Made by a program: the position numbers and the translations under genes
Shown here: one piece after another, positions 27,113-39,482 of the stretch
Layout: every line of letters begins with the position of its first letter
Numbering within the stretch: the first letter of the stretch is position 1
DNA from: Octopus sinensis
Lineage: Eukaryota
DNA: 64,000 nucleotides
Assembly: GCF_006345805.1 (NCBI RefSeq)
Contig: NC_043019.1
Location: 21,513,360-21,577,359 of the forward strand
Reading direction: 5' to 3'
Notes under the pieces: generated by a model
What the model was told of the DNA's origin: nothing
What the model saw: only the letters and a program-made list of their open reading frames with translations
Databases searched by the model: none

Positions 27113-28070
27113 TGTGCCTTACCAAGCAAAAAATGTGCAGCTGCAAACTGAACTCATAATCTTGTGATCATGAACTGAATATCCATAACAACTAAGCTAT
27201 GCACCTTCAGTATGTAAATATTAGGTTGAAAAACACTTGCTGATACAAAAAGTCAAAGGTCGCCCATGGGATTTGAAACCACGCCTCCTGCTGACATGAC
27301 ATCAATTCAATATTTACATGCATGTTTATAGCTTTATATGCATTTTGAGATCCAGTTCTAAAAATGAAATTATATGTGTGTGCGTGATTAAATTATAACA
27401 GCAGTAGATCAGACGCCATTCTATAGCCACACAGCTAGTACATCTATCTCATCTTTGAATTATTGGCCAATGGCATTAATATAGGAAAATATGCAGCTTG
27501 TGTATCTGTTGAGAATTCTCAATAATTTCCCACGAGGAATTATATTTAATGGAATACCAATACTTGGAGTAAGGATGGAGTGAAGATTTATCTTCAAGTA
27601 AATCATTGCTACCATCCTCCTCTTCCTCCTACTACTACTACTACTAATAATAATAATAATAACGGTTTCAAATTTTGGCACAAGGCCAGCAAGTTCGGGG
27701 GAGAAAGTAAGTCGATTACATCGACCCCAGTGCGTAACTGGTACTTATTTAATCGCTCCTAAAAGAATGAAAGGCAAAGTCGACCTCAGCGGAATTTGAA
27801 CTCAGAACATAAAGATAGACAAAATGCCACTGAGCATTTTGCCCAGCATGCCAACGATTCAGCCGGTTCCACATACCTTCTTGCTATCTCCTAGACCTCG
27901 GACTCCTCCACACACACTGTCACTAAGTCTCTCTTTCTTAATTTTCCCATTCACTTTGTCACACAGGTCCAAGCACACAAGCATCCATATCCATACACAC
28001 ATGTCCCCTTCTCCAAGCTGGGGAAGGATGGGGTGTCAAGGGTGGAGGAGTCGATGGTAAGGCTGGACAG

Positions 28071-28291
28071 AAGGCGGTGAGCTGGCAGAAACGTTAGCAC
28101 GCCAGGCGAAATGCTCAGTGGTATTTCGTCTGCCGCTACGTTCTGAGTTCAAATTCCGCCGAGGTCGACTTTGCCTTTCATCCTTTTGGGGTCGATTAAA
28201 TAAGTACCAGTTATGCACTGGGGTCGATATAATCGACTTAATCCATTTGTCTGTCCTCTGTGTTTAGCTCCTTGTGGGTAGTAACGAAATA
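28071..28291 (+). mobile_element. SINE family B, young copy with 15-bp TSD
   Basis: GGTAAGGCTGGACAG at 28056-28070 and 28292-28306. Confidence 0.9.
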
Positions 28292-28508
28292 GGTAAGGCT
28301 GGACAGTTTTTATCGGAGGCAATGTTAAAAAATTTATAACCAGATGCTGCGTTCCCTTTTTCTAAGCTTTTTAGGTAAATTTTATAACATACAGGGCTAA
28401 GTAGCACATATTTGAATAAAAATAATAATAATAATAATAATGAAATTATTGTATACAGTGCTCAGGTGCACCACAACTTGTCAAGAAGAATATTCCATAC
28501 ATACATAC

Positions 28509-28622
28509 CTTCATATCTTCGAGTGTGATCTGGTCTTCAGTGTTCTCAAGAGTACTCAAGGGAGGGGAAGGAGGGGGTGTCAAGGGTGGAGGAGTCGATG
28601 GTAAGGCTGGTGGAATCTCACT
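28509..28622 (-). CDS. MPDZ: MPDZ-family exon: proline-rich linker (SEIPPALPSTPPPLTPPPSPPLSTLENTEDQITLEDMK)
   Basis: Pyrimidine tract plus aaacag|AGT acceptor and AAG|gtatgt donor; 114 bp, phase 0-0. Confidence 0.8.
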
Positions 28623-28912
28623 CTGTTTGGAAAGAAAGGAATAAAAAAATAAATCAATAAGTAAATAAATAAACAAACACCTGAGTGCATAGTAAACAAA
28701 CAAACAGAAGTTGATAAACAAATCATATGAAACATTGTTAGAAATGCATTTTAAGCAGTACAGGAAATGGGTTGGGGGTAGGGAAAGAACATGATTATAA
28801 TTTGGACTAACAGCTAAGTGCTGACCCAACAGGTCATGTGTAGAATTTGACACCAAAAGACAAACTGTGTACAGGTGTGCAGCAGCTAATGAAGAACAAC
28901 TATACAGAATCT

Positions 28913-29143
28913 TTAACCCTTTTGATACCAACCCGGCCAAAACCAGCTCTGGCTCTGTAGTACAAATGTCTTGTTTTCATAAGTATTGAATTAAAATCTT
29001 CCACCCAAACCTTAGTCACAATTTATGTTCCCAACACTAGCTTAATGTTAAATAAGTTCTTTTACTAAATTCTTTGTTATATCTAAAATTAATTGAAAGA
29101 AACACAGAGCATCTCAAAATAAATACGGTAACAAAAGGGTTAA
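28913..29143. mobile_element. piggyBac-like MITE (second family)
   Basis: TTAA-CCCTTTTG ... CAAAAGGG-TTAA; an inverted sister copy lies at 57486-57713. Confidence 0.75.
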
Positions 29144-29209
29144 CAAAATAAGTATTTCACCTGTGCTTGGTTTGCAAGATTTTTGATGTGAACCTTTACA
29201 TTAAAACAG

Positions 29210-29633
29210 ATTTTGTTGAACTTTGGGAAGATCATTATACCAACAATGGTTCTTTTTCACTTTTTTTTTTTAGTCAATTCTTTAACACTTAACCAATTAA
29301 TTAACTGATTGTTCAATTAATCATTCTGTCAATCAATCAATCAACCAGCTGGGTTTGTCAAAGTCCTTTCATTGCCATCTGCAACTTCAGCAAGGACATA
29401 CCCTCTCAATTCCAGGTTTGTTTCAGATCTGCCAGAAAGGGCATGCCATTGATGAGGTTGCAAATGGTGATGAAAGGACTTCGACAGAACTAGCCGATTG
29501 ACTGACTGAACGACCAATCAAACAATTGATTAGTTAATTAGTTAAATGTTAAAAAAAATTGAATATTAAAGTAAAGAAGTAAAGTGTGTGTGATAATTAT
29601 TGGCATAATGACTTTCCTAAGACACATCAAAAA
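29210..29633. repeat. Old long fold-back element (imperfect ~200-bp inverted arms)
   Basis: For example GTCAAAGTCCTTTCATTGCCATCTGCAAC vs GTTGCAAATGGTGATGAAAGGACTTCGAC, and TTTAACACTTAACCAATTAA vs TTAATTAGTTAAATGTTAAA. Confidence 0.7.
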
Positions 29634-30547
29634 TATTTCATCTGCTTGTGCAGTGTTATTGTTTCAATGGCATGTCAAAATTTAACTGATAATGTGAAAT
29701 AAAGTGTCAGTGTCATGCATAAGGTCACAAGGCGCCGCCAGGAATCGAACTCATGACCATACAATTGTGAGCCAAAGACCCTAACCTCTAAGCCATGTGC
29801 CTTCTTAACTACCTTTAGATTGTGAGTTCAAAATCTGCTCTTCGTCGTTTTCCTTCCAGGCAAGACAAAAGTAGCAGTTAACTACTGGGGGAGTTGATAT
29901 AATAATTTCTTATCATAGTTTCATGAATTATGCTTTAATTATAATATAATAATTCTTTTCCTACCAAAAAATATATTGCTTTGTGTATAAGTTAGATATC
30001 AATATTTTTTTTAAAATGTCTTACCTATTCTCCTCAGTCAAACCTACTCGTTAACTAATCGAGAAAAAAATGTATATGCAGATGTTTTACAGGTGTCAGT
30101 TTTAATAACAAGAACTTAATCAATAGATGTAAAAAAACAAATAAAAATTAAAGCACAAAAAAATTATCTCTCGTTTATACACTCAAGAAAACAGATGAAT
30201 ATCTTTAATCAATATTGCTAAGTATTCTTTTCCTTTTGCATCTCTCTCTCTTTCTCTCTCTCTCTGTTTTAACTAAAAAAAATATTCAGACATATTGGTC
30301 AAACCTCATAAGTGTGTTGATTATGATAAAATGCCAGATAGCAATTTATGATGGGTTTTAGAAATTCTCACACTGTTTGTTTATCTTGGACTGGCATCAA
30401 GCAAGCAGATCATACAGATGTTGTTTACTCAACATTAACACTGATAAAAAAACATTACCCAATGTGTCCTTCCTTTTTGTAAGACAATGGTGTGCAATTT
30501 GTAGGAATTTGGCTCCTGTTTCTAGCTGCTCAAGTGATCAGGTACAA

Positions 30548-30803
30548 CAGTATTTCTCAACCATTTTTTTAATCTATGGACCCTTTTAATTCCTATTTTA
30601 CTCAGACTGGCCCACCTAGCAATTCAATGTTTAAAAAATCCTATCATATTTTTATAATTAAATGTTATTTGGAATTGTATAAAGATATCGTTAAAAGATT
30701 TTGTCTTATATAGAAGCATAAGCAATTTATTGCACATAAATCTTAACAACAAAATCTTATATGCACCCCCAAGGGCCATATGAATCCCTGTTGAGAACCA
30801 CTG
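30548..30803. mobile_element. hAT (Charlie/MER5-like) MITE
   Basis: TIRs CAGTATTTCTCAAC / GTTGAGAACCACTG; degenerate 8-bp TSD AGGTACAA/ATGTACAG. Confidence 0.6.
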
Positions 30804-32142
30804 ATGTACAGGCTAAGGTAGTAGTAGTAGTAGTAGTGATAGTAGTAGTAGTTGTTCAGTTCCAGGTTAGCTGTAATAAAAAGATCAGCAATTTTGTAGG
30901 GAGGTGGTTTGGTGATTACCACGCCCGCCCCAGGCCAGTATTTTATTTTGTTAACCCTATAGGAATGAAGGGTAAAGTTGACTTCAGTGGGGTGTGAACT
31001 TAGAAGGTAAAAAGTTGAAAGAAATACCCCAAAGTAATTTTTTTTCAACAGTCTAATGATACTGCAAACTCACAGGTACGTCTGATATTTGGAGGAGAGG
31101 AGTGAATTGGTTTTATACCACTGGACCCAGGACTTGACTAGCACTTTATTTTACTGACCCTAGGGAGATGAAAGGTAAAATTGTTTCTAACATAGGTGTA
31201 AGGCCTGGAGGTGGATAGAATAGTTAATTAAATTGACTTCAGTACTTGATTGGTACTTTATTTTTTCCAACCCTGAAAGAATTCAACACCATTTTCCAAT
31301 TTCCACCAAAAATACCAGAAAGACATTAATAGGCAAAATTCTGATTGTCCCAAAAGGTAAGAAAACACACACACACAGAAAGAGAGACAGAGTAACACCA
31401 GGAAAAAAATAACAACATAAAGGGAAATTAATATATCCTTTTATCTACTGGGAACAACGCCAACTTTAACTATGTAGAATGTATTAGTATAGATGCAATC
31501 ATGTAAGAATTTTAGCAACGGAAGTCATAACTACAGCCATTTATGTTTGGGACAGCAGTTACACATCAAACGATTTCCAAAATCACTCTGTATTAAATAG
31601 GTAGCATGAAAGTGTGTTTGTGTGTATGTTTACGCTATGCTGCATGTATTTACAATAGGACTTTCAGTTCCCTCAACATCAACTTGCCTGTGTACATTGA
31701 TTGACCTACAGATGTTAAGGCATGGTATTATCAGCCACATTAATCTTACCTGTCTGGGAAAACTTGCAAAGTATTGGCTTTTGGTCACCTTATGATGATT
31801 AACAAATGAAACATAAGGAAACTTCTGTGCATGTGTATGCGTGTATACAAAATTAAGAGGACTGACCACTAAAGTGGACACCTAATATGCTAAACATAGA
31901 CGTCAAATTGCCATTGACATCTATGTTTAGCATATTAGGTCAAATTGCCATTGACGTCTGTTCAAAAACTATGTCACTGTATGAAAAAATTTTATAACAT
32001 TCTTCTGACATAATGACTCAAATATATTTTTTAACCTTTTAAAACAAGCCTTCTGTAGTTTTTTTCACTTTTTACTATTTTCTATATATTCAACCACGTG
32101 CTTTCACACACCAACTTTCTCACCTATATATATATATATATA

Positions 32143-32423
32143 CATTATGTGTGTATATATAGCTATATATATATCATCATCATCATCATCGTTTAACGTC
32201 CGCTTTCCATGCTAGCATGGGTTGGACGGTTCAACTGGGGTCTGGGGAGCCCGAAGGCTGCACCAGGCCAGTTAGAAACACTGCCAGATCTGACTAGCCT
32301 GGTGCAGCCTTCGGGCTCCCCAGACCCCAGTTGAACCGTCCAACCCATGCTAGCATGGAAAGCGGACGTTAAACGATGATGATGATGATGATGATATATA
32401 TAGCTATATATACACACATAATG
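32143..32423. repeat. Fold-back inverted duplication of a family C SINE 3' half plus flank
   Basis: Arms of about 125 bp, identical apart from microsatellite length, around a spacer of about 28 bp. Confidence 0.9.
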
Positions 32424-34546
32424 AACTACCTATAATACTACATATATATTAACACATACATGTGCATATAATAAATACACAAACACACAAGACCAAGCTT
32501 GGCTGTGTACTTAAGGAGTATACTACACAACCACATTGATTCAGGTTCAGTCTCACAGTGCAGCACTTTGGATAAGTGTCTTTTACTATACCTTAGGCTA
32601 AGTAAAGGCTTGTGAGTGGATTTGGTAGATGGAAACTGAAAGAAGTTAGTCATGTGTGTGTGTGTACCTCTGTACTGTATCTCCTGACCTGAACACTGTA
32701 AATGCCACCATTATATAACTGACTGTTTGTGATTTCCTGTGAAAGTAAGCTTGGCCAGTGTTTTGTTCCCATTTAAAGGATGTAGGTGAAGGTTGGTCAG
32801 AGAAAATCTGCTTTAATGAATTTTGTCTGACTCATACAAGCATGCAAAAGTGGGAACTAAAATGATGACGGTGATAATGAACACATATATTTAAACACAC
32901 ACACACACATCTATAGTCATCTTTCTCTCTGTCTCTCCTTCTATATATATATATAGAGAGAGAGGTGGGGCAGGGAGGGAGAGAGACACACAAACACACC
33001 TAGTTTAACTGGGTCTCTGTCCATTTGTCCTGCATCTGGATGCTGACAGTGGGTATCACCTATCTTATCTCAACAATTTAAACAGATGCTTCTATATTTA
33101 GTACGAGATTTACTGCTTAAACGTCACAAAATAGGACAGGAGAATGTATAAATTGAGCTCTATATACAGAAAAGGAGAGTGTAAGAGAGAGAGAGAGAGA
33201 GACTGACAGAAACACAGAGAGACTGAGACGGAGTTAATTGAATCATTTAAAGTCGTTGATAAAATGGTTTTTGTTTAATTCAGGCAAAATTTGTTCTTGG
33301 AAATGTAGTTCACATTTCATCAAATTTGATGATTTCTACAACCTTACACTAAATGGTTTTCAGTTCTGATAGTTTGCTGTCAGTTAAACAGAAATGGTAA
33401 AAATGTAGATGCATTCTCAATGTCATTTAATCCTTTAGCCTTCAAATTATTCTGTCAAATGTAATGCATTGTCATTCACATTATTTTTAATTAATCATGC
33501 TATATCTTATAATAACAATAATAATAATCCTTTTTGCTATAGGGACAAGGCCCGAATTTTTGAAGGTAGGGTGAGTTGATGACATTAATCCCAGTTTTTA
33601 ACTGGTACTTATGGACCTTGAAAGGATGAAAGGCAAAGTCAACTTTGAAATAATTTGAACTCAGTACATAAAACCCTGAAACAAATGCTGCAAAGCACTT
33701 TGTCTTATGCTCTGATAATTCTAGCAGTAGTAGTAGTAACACTAATAATAATAATTATTAATATTATTATTTCCAACTTTGGCATAAAATCAGAGACGGG
33801 GAAGAGAACAGAGTGTATATTGGTCACCCATATCTCAAGGACATTAATGGTGGAAAGGAAGTGAAGTGAGACCAGCTTATGTATGAGTCATTTAAGAACT
33901 GACCTCTCTCCTCCTCCACTGCGGTAGTGCTTGCCAAAAACAATACCAGTAAATAGTAATAATGATTATTTCAGTTTATACTTCAATTTGTACAACCAAT
34001 TAATTAGGTTCTCTTAAGCTCAATTTATATATTTATTTATTTTATATCTCAGCTGGCAAAGAATGGTATTTTAAGTTTATGTGGCTGATATTTGGTTCAC
34101 TGGGCCAATGATTAGTTTCTGCGGCTAACCATTTCTGATGGTGAGAATGACAAAGGAATGTCTGTGTAATGCAAAGCAAAACAATTATCACAAGGGACTT
34201 CATCTGATAAACACTGGTTTTGCAGTTTACATCCAGTACTAATATAGAATGGCATATAAACATCGGTAAATAAATATGTTGAAATAATTGCATACTGATA
34301 AAATAAGCTGTCAAGCGAAATTTAAAAACCCAGTCAACACAAATTTTATAATAAAGCTAATTCTACAATTAGCATTAAGTTTTCTTATCAGTAAATGTCT
34401 TCTTGTAATTCCTAAAATTACTTTCAAAGGATAACTTTAAATAAACTATATATATATATATATACATACACACACACACACACACACATACATGTGTACA
34501 TATATATCATGAACTAACTGTTACTTTCTCAGATGCAGCATGGAGT

Positions 34547-34597
34547 TTTGTCAGTGAACAGGTCGTGGTCCCAAAGCGGCGAAAATATTTTGACAAA
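34547..34597 (+). ncRNA. Variant minimal type-I hammerhead ribozyme motif (G3:C8 swap) within a (TA)n-flanked insert 34507-34740
   Basis: Stem I TTTGTCA/TGACAAA; core GTGAACA; stem II GTCGT/GCGGC; GAAA-ATAT-T-T with palindromic AAAATATTTT. Confidence 0.55.
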
Positions 34598-34978
34598 TTA
34601 AATTTAAATGTTGAAGTGAATCTAACGGTTTTTGTGTGATTCTTAAATGGCTTATAAACATCTTCCACGCTGCAATTGTTTTCGTTCCAGCACACAATCT
34701 CAGATCAGGTCACTTGCTATGCAAGTACATCTCCATAATATATATATATATATATACATACATATATAAAGGGTCTATGAAGCAATAAATGGGTAGTCTT
34801 TAACTTTTACTATCCAAAGGAGTTATCAACCTAATATTTACATGCTATTAATTATAGTTAAATGGGCTTTGAGGTCCAATCTCCTAAAAAGGAATTATTT
34901 CTTATTCTCTTGAAAGTTTATGTCTTGTGACGTCAACGTATTTGTCTATATATATATATATAAATTTTTTTTTTTTCT

Positions 34979-35066
34979 GAATGAGATAAAAAACCAAGGC
35001 TGTGAAGATTTTAGAACATTTATAAATGTTCTAAAATCTTCACAGCCTTGGTTTTTTATCTCATTC
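34979..35066. repeat. Perfect 88-bp spacer-less palindrome (extends imperfectly to about 34955-35090)
   Basis: GAATGAGATAAAAAACCAAGGCTGTGAAGATTTTAGAACATTTA|TAAATGTTCTAAAATCTTCACAGCCTTGGTTTTTTATCTCATTC; centre at 35022/35023. Confidence 0.95.
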
Positions 35067-36707
35067 TGAAAGAAAATTTTTTTATATATACACATGCTGA
35101 TATATGACTTACATTGGACTCCTTATTTGCATAATCACCGAACCTGGAGCTTAACTATAGTCTATCCATAGCACTTACTCAGTATTACCTGACACCTTTG
35201 GGTGTCATTGACACCAATGCTTCTCATAACCTCTCTCTCTATATATAAATATATATATATACATAGAGAGAGAGAGAAGGATATGCTTTGTGGTACAAAC
35301 AGGAGTAATAGAACTCAGTTCACAAAAGCAGACCATATGTATTTCTTTGTTAGTAAGCTGTAAAATCACCTAGGGTGACGCAAGAATCACGAGTTTCATG
35401 TATGGCACTTATACCATATAGAAAACTCTTGCAGCTTTACAGTTAACTGTCAACCAAATTCCACTCACAAAACTTTAATCAACCCAAGGTTATAATAAAA
35501 GAGACCTGTTTAGAATGCACCATGCGATGAAACTGGAAACCATGTGGCTGTGAGACTGAATTGTTAACCTCACAGCCAATGTCTGCACCCACAGCTTGCA
35601 GTCTGTTAATTTTCAAACACATCAGCCAACAACTGAAACAGGATCTTACTGTATAATTTGATCCTAACAGGAAATAATATGGACTTTGATTTCTTTTTCT
35701 TAGTAATGAAGAAAAAGAAATAACTACAATCCTCTCCCAATCGGAAACCAGAATTTACGAGACAGCATTTGTGAAAATATAGTGATAAATTGCAGTGAGG
35801 ACTGTAGATATGTAAATGTATGCAATGTAAAAATTATTTGTCACAGTCTTGTCGATAGGACGATGTTGCATGAGAACATTCTATTTATAATGTTAGCAAT
35901 GATGCACATGCAGAATCTCTATGGTTGCTTGAAGTACTTATATATAAGATAAGGGCCATATCTGTTTTAAATTATACCTTTCTGTCTGTGAGAGAGCTTC
36001 TACATGGTCACTTAATTTGCTAGGAAATAGCAACCAAATATCTCTCAAACCATACCATATCATCTTTAAAAAAGAAGGCCACATTAATCAACGTCCTAAT
36101 AAAAAGAAACAAAAGGCCTGGATAGTCATGGCTGGAGTGACCTTCACCATATATCTGCTCAATTGGGAATGACTGAGGACTAAACAACAATAAGGGACAA
36201 ATATAGATATACAAAAAGAGACAGGTTGATTAAATCTGAAACATTTTTGGTCATAGGTCTGCTTAATAATGGCTGATTTGGGGACTAAACAACAATACAA
36301 AAAGACAGGGTGGTCATGGCTGGAATGTTTTTGGTCATAAGCCTGCTTGGTCAAAAGTAATTTATGGACTAAACAACTATAATAACAACATAAATATGAC
36401 AGAAGTGTCATATATGTGAATAATAACTTATGATTGTAATCTGAACACCCTACACACTAGGCCACACCCCCACACAGGTGACTATCACATATAATTTGTC
36501 CTCATAATAATAAAGGAATGTTTGCTGTTTTTTCTATATAAATAACATGCTCTAAAACCTGTAAAGTTTCTACTTCATCAAATTCACTTCTGTAACATGG
36601 ATAAACTAATTGTTTGAGAACAGAAATGTCTCATCGTTTATTACACTATAATTAATTACAATATCACAAGATTTTGTTATGCATACTCTTTTGAAGATCA
36701 ATAATTA

Positions 36708-37610
36708 ATGGCTTCAAATTTTGGCACAAGGCCAGCAATTTCAGGGCAGGGGATAAGTCAATTACATCAACCCCAGTGCTTGACTGGTATTTATTTTACC
36801 GACCCTGAAAGAATGAAAAGCAAAGTTGACCTCAGCAGAATTTGAACTCAGATTGTAAAGACGGACAAAACAATTTTAAATGTTTATAGGGATTGCATTT
36901 TTTTTTCTTAAGGTTTAGTCAGGAAATAGAAGACAACACTTATGATCCTTCTTAGGTTATAGGGTGCTGTCCATGACTAGTGAAAGGGGAGGAAGTTATC
37001 CTTAGATTATCGACCTGGCTCAAATGTTTGCAAAGGAGTGGCATGCTAACAATTCTACTAACTCACTGCCCTAAGATCTACAATAATAATAATAATAATG
37101 GTTTCAAATTTTTCCACAAGGGTAGCAGTTTTGTAGGAGGGAATGAACCGATTAATAATCCTTTCTACTAAAGGCACACAGCCTGAAATTTGGTGGGAGA
37201 GGGCTAGTTGGTTACATCGATCCCAGTTTCACTGGTACTTAATTTACTGACCCCAAAAGGATGAAAGACAAAGTTGACTTCGGCAGAATTTGAACTCAGA
37301 ACGTAAAGACAGACAAAATGCTGCTAAGCATTTTGCCTGGCATACTAACGATTCTGCTAGCACACCATCTTAATAGTAATAATAATCTCTACTACAGGCA
37401 GGCACAAGACCTGAATATTTTGGGGAGAGGGAGCTAGTTGATTACATCAGCCCCCAGTGCTCAAGTGAGACTTATTTTGTTGATCCCAAAAGGATTAAAT
37501 GCTGTCAACCTCAGCACATTTGAACTCGGAATGTATAGCAGGAGAGAAATGTTGCTAAGCATTTTGTCTGGCATGTTAATAACTCTGCTAGCTTGCCGCC
37601 TTCACAATAA
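36708..37610 (-). mobile_element. Head-to-tail array of 3-4 older family B SINEs
   Basis: Repeated family B units separated by (TAA)n; the first unit is interrupted by a templated insert. Confidence 0.75.
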
Positions 37611-39248
37611 CAATAATAACAACAATAATAAACGTTCAAAGTCTCTTAAAAGTATACAGTTTCAAATATAATAACAATCCATTTGAACTTTTACAGTTTA
37701 ATGCGTTAAAACAGTATTGTATGTACATTAAAATATTGGATGTCAAAGTTTATAAAGAATTCGAAGTCAGATGATTTAGATTTTATCCAATCATCTTACA
37801 GTTTGCTTTCAAATGCATTGAAGAGTCAGACAAGAAACAAGGTTAACATGGTTTTAATGTTAGAGGTTTCCATACAAACTTGTATTATGGTACTAAATAG
37901 AAGTGACATAACAGCTAACACTAAACACAACAGGCCTGTGTACATAACAACATTTCAATTTGAGTATGCTAGCATTGATTATATGTGATGGTTATTAAGA
38001 TTAATTAAAACTGACTTAATTGCCATTTTGTAAAATTATAATACACCGTAATTTAAAGCATGGCTGTGTGATTAAGAAGTTTGCTTCCCAACCATGTGGT
38101 TATGGGTTCAGCCCCATGGTACAGCCCCTTGAGCAAGTATTGGCTACATCTGGTACATGGAAACTGAAGGAAGCCTGTGGTATATATGTATATATATCTA
38201 TATGTACGTTGTTGTGTTCTATTGTGTTTGTCTCTCACCACCACTTGACAACTCGTGTTGGTTAGATTGTGTGTTGGTTAGATTGTGTGCAGTTTGGCAA
38301 AAGACACTGATAGAATAAGTATCAGACTTAGAAATAAGTATTGGGACTGATTTGTTCAACAAAACCCTTTAAGGTAGTGTGCCCTAGCATGGCTGTAGTC
38401 CAATGACTGAAGCTAATAACAGATAAATGATAGCCAAGAATCTGAAGTTTCTAACACCTTTTCCATGTTGTGATTAATATTACTTAAAGTGGCTTAATTA
38501 TCATTTTATAGTGTATTTTATAAGCTTAAAAAATTATACGTTAAAATTTGAGGAATCTAGCATTGCTAAGGTGCTTCCATTCTTGGCTGCTATGTCACAT
38601 CCATTTTGTACAGGAGGTCAAAATTCATAAGGACAAAAAAAAAAATAAATAAAAATTAACAAAAAGAAAAGAAACCCTCCATTGTCAGCCACATTTATCA
38701 AAATAAGTTATGAAGTTTAAAGAATTGAGAATATCCAGTACAAAAGCTAAACAATTTTAAATGTTTATAGGGATTGCTTTTTTTTTCTTAAGGTTTAGTC
38801 AGGAAATAGAAGACAACGATTATGATCCTTCTTGGGTTATAGGGTGCTGTCCGTGACTAGTGAAAGGGGAGGAAGTTATCCTTAGATTATCGACCTGGCT
38901 CAAATGTTTGCAAAGGAGTGGCCTCTGCGGAAGACACCCAAGGGCCAAGTGAAATCTATCAACTGCACATGAAGAGTAAATCTGGGCAAGAATTTTTGAG
39001 GAAGGCCAGCAGTTGTCTGTGCATGCAAGTATTCCCCGTCCTTACAACTGTTGCCTATCCAAAAGCCATCAACATGGGCCAATACAGCTTGACACCAGTG
39101 TTATTGCAGGCATTGCTGTCAGGAAGCAAAGAGCCTGAATAGTTGCTACAAGGCATCTTTCTCGACTCTCTGACAGTTCAGTTGATTTTTCCCCACCCTG
39201 GATTTGTGCCTTTATATAATCAATACATTTCATTAGAACAACTCAAAT

Positions 39249-39482
39249 ATATTTCTTTACTATCCACAAGGGGCTAAACATAGAGGGGACAAACAAGGAC
39301 AAACAAATGGATTAAGTCGATTACATCGACCCCAGTGCGTAACAGGTGCTTAATTTATTGACCTTCAAAGGATGAAAGACAAAGTCGACCTCGGCGGAAT
39401 TTGAACCCAGAACGTAACGGCAGACGAAATACGGCTACGCATTTCGCCCGGCGCGCTAACGTTTCTGCCAGTTCGCCGCCTT
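39249..39482 (-). mobile_element. SINE family B, young copy
   Basis: Near-identical to 16098-16332. Confidence 0.88.

Noticed and set aside
27255-27300. tRNA-like GGGATTTGAAACC B-box complement
   Set aside because: It does not form a cloverleaf and is at best a decayed SINE head. No genuine tRNA or rRNA gene was found in the window.
36708-37610. Regularly spaced repeats superficially like a CRISPR array
   Set aside because: The units are ~200-bp SINE copies in a eukaryotic intron, with no short identical repeats and no cas genes.
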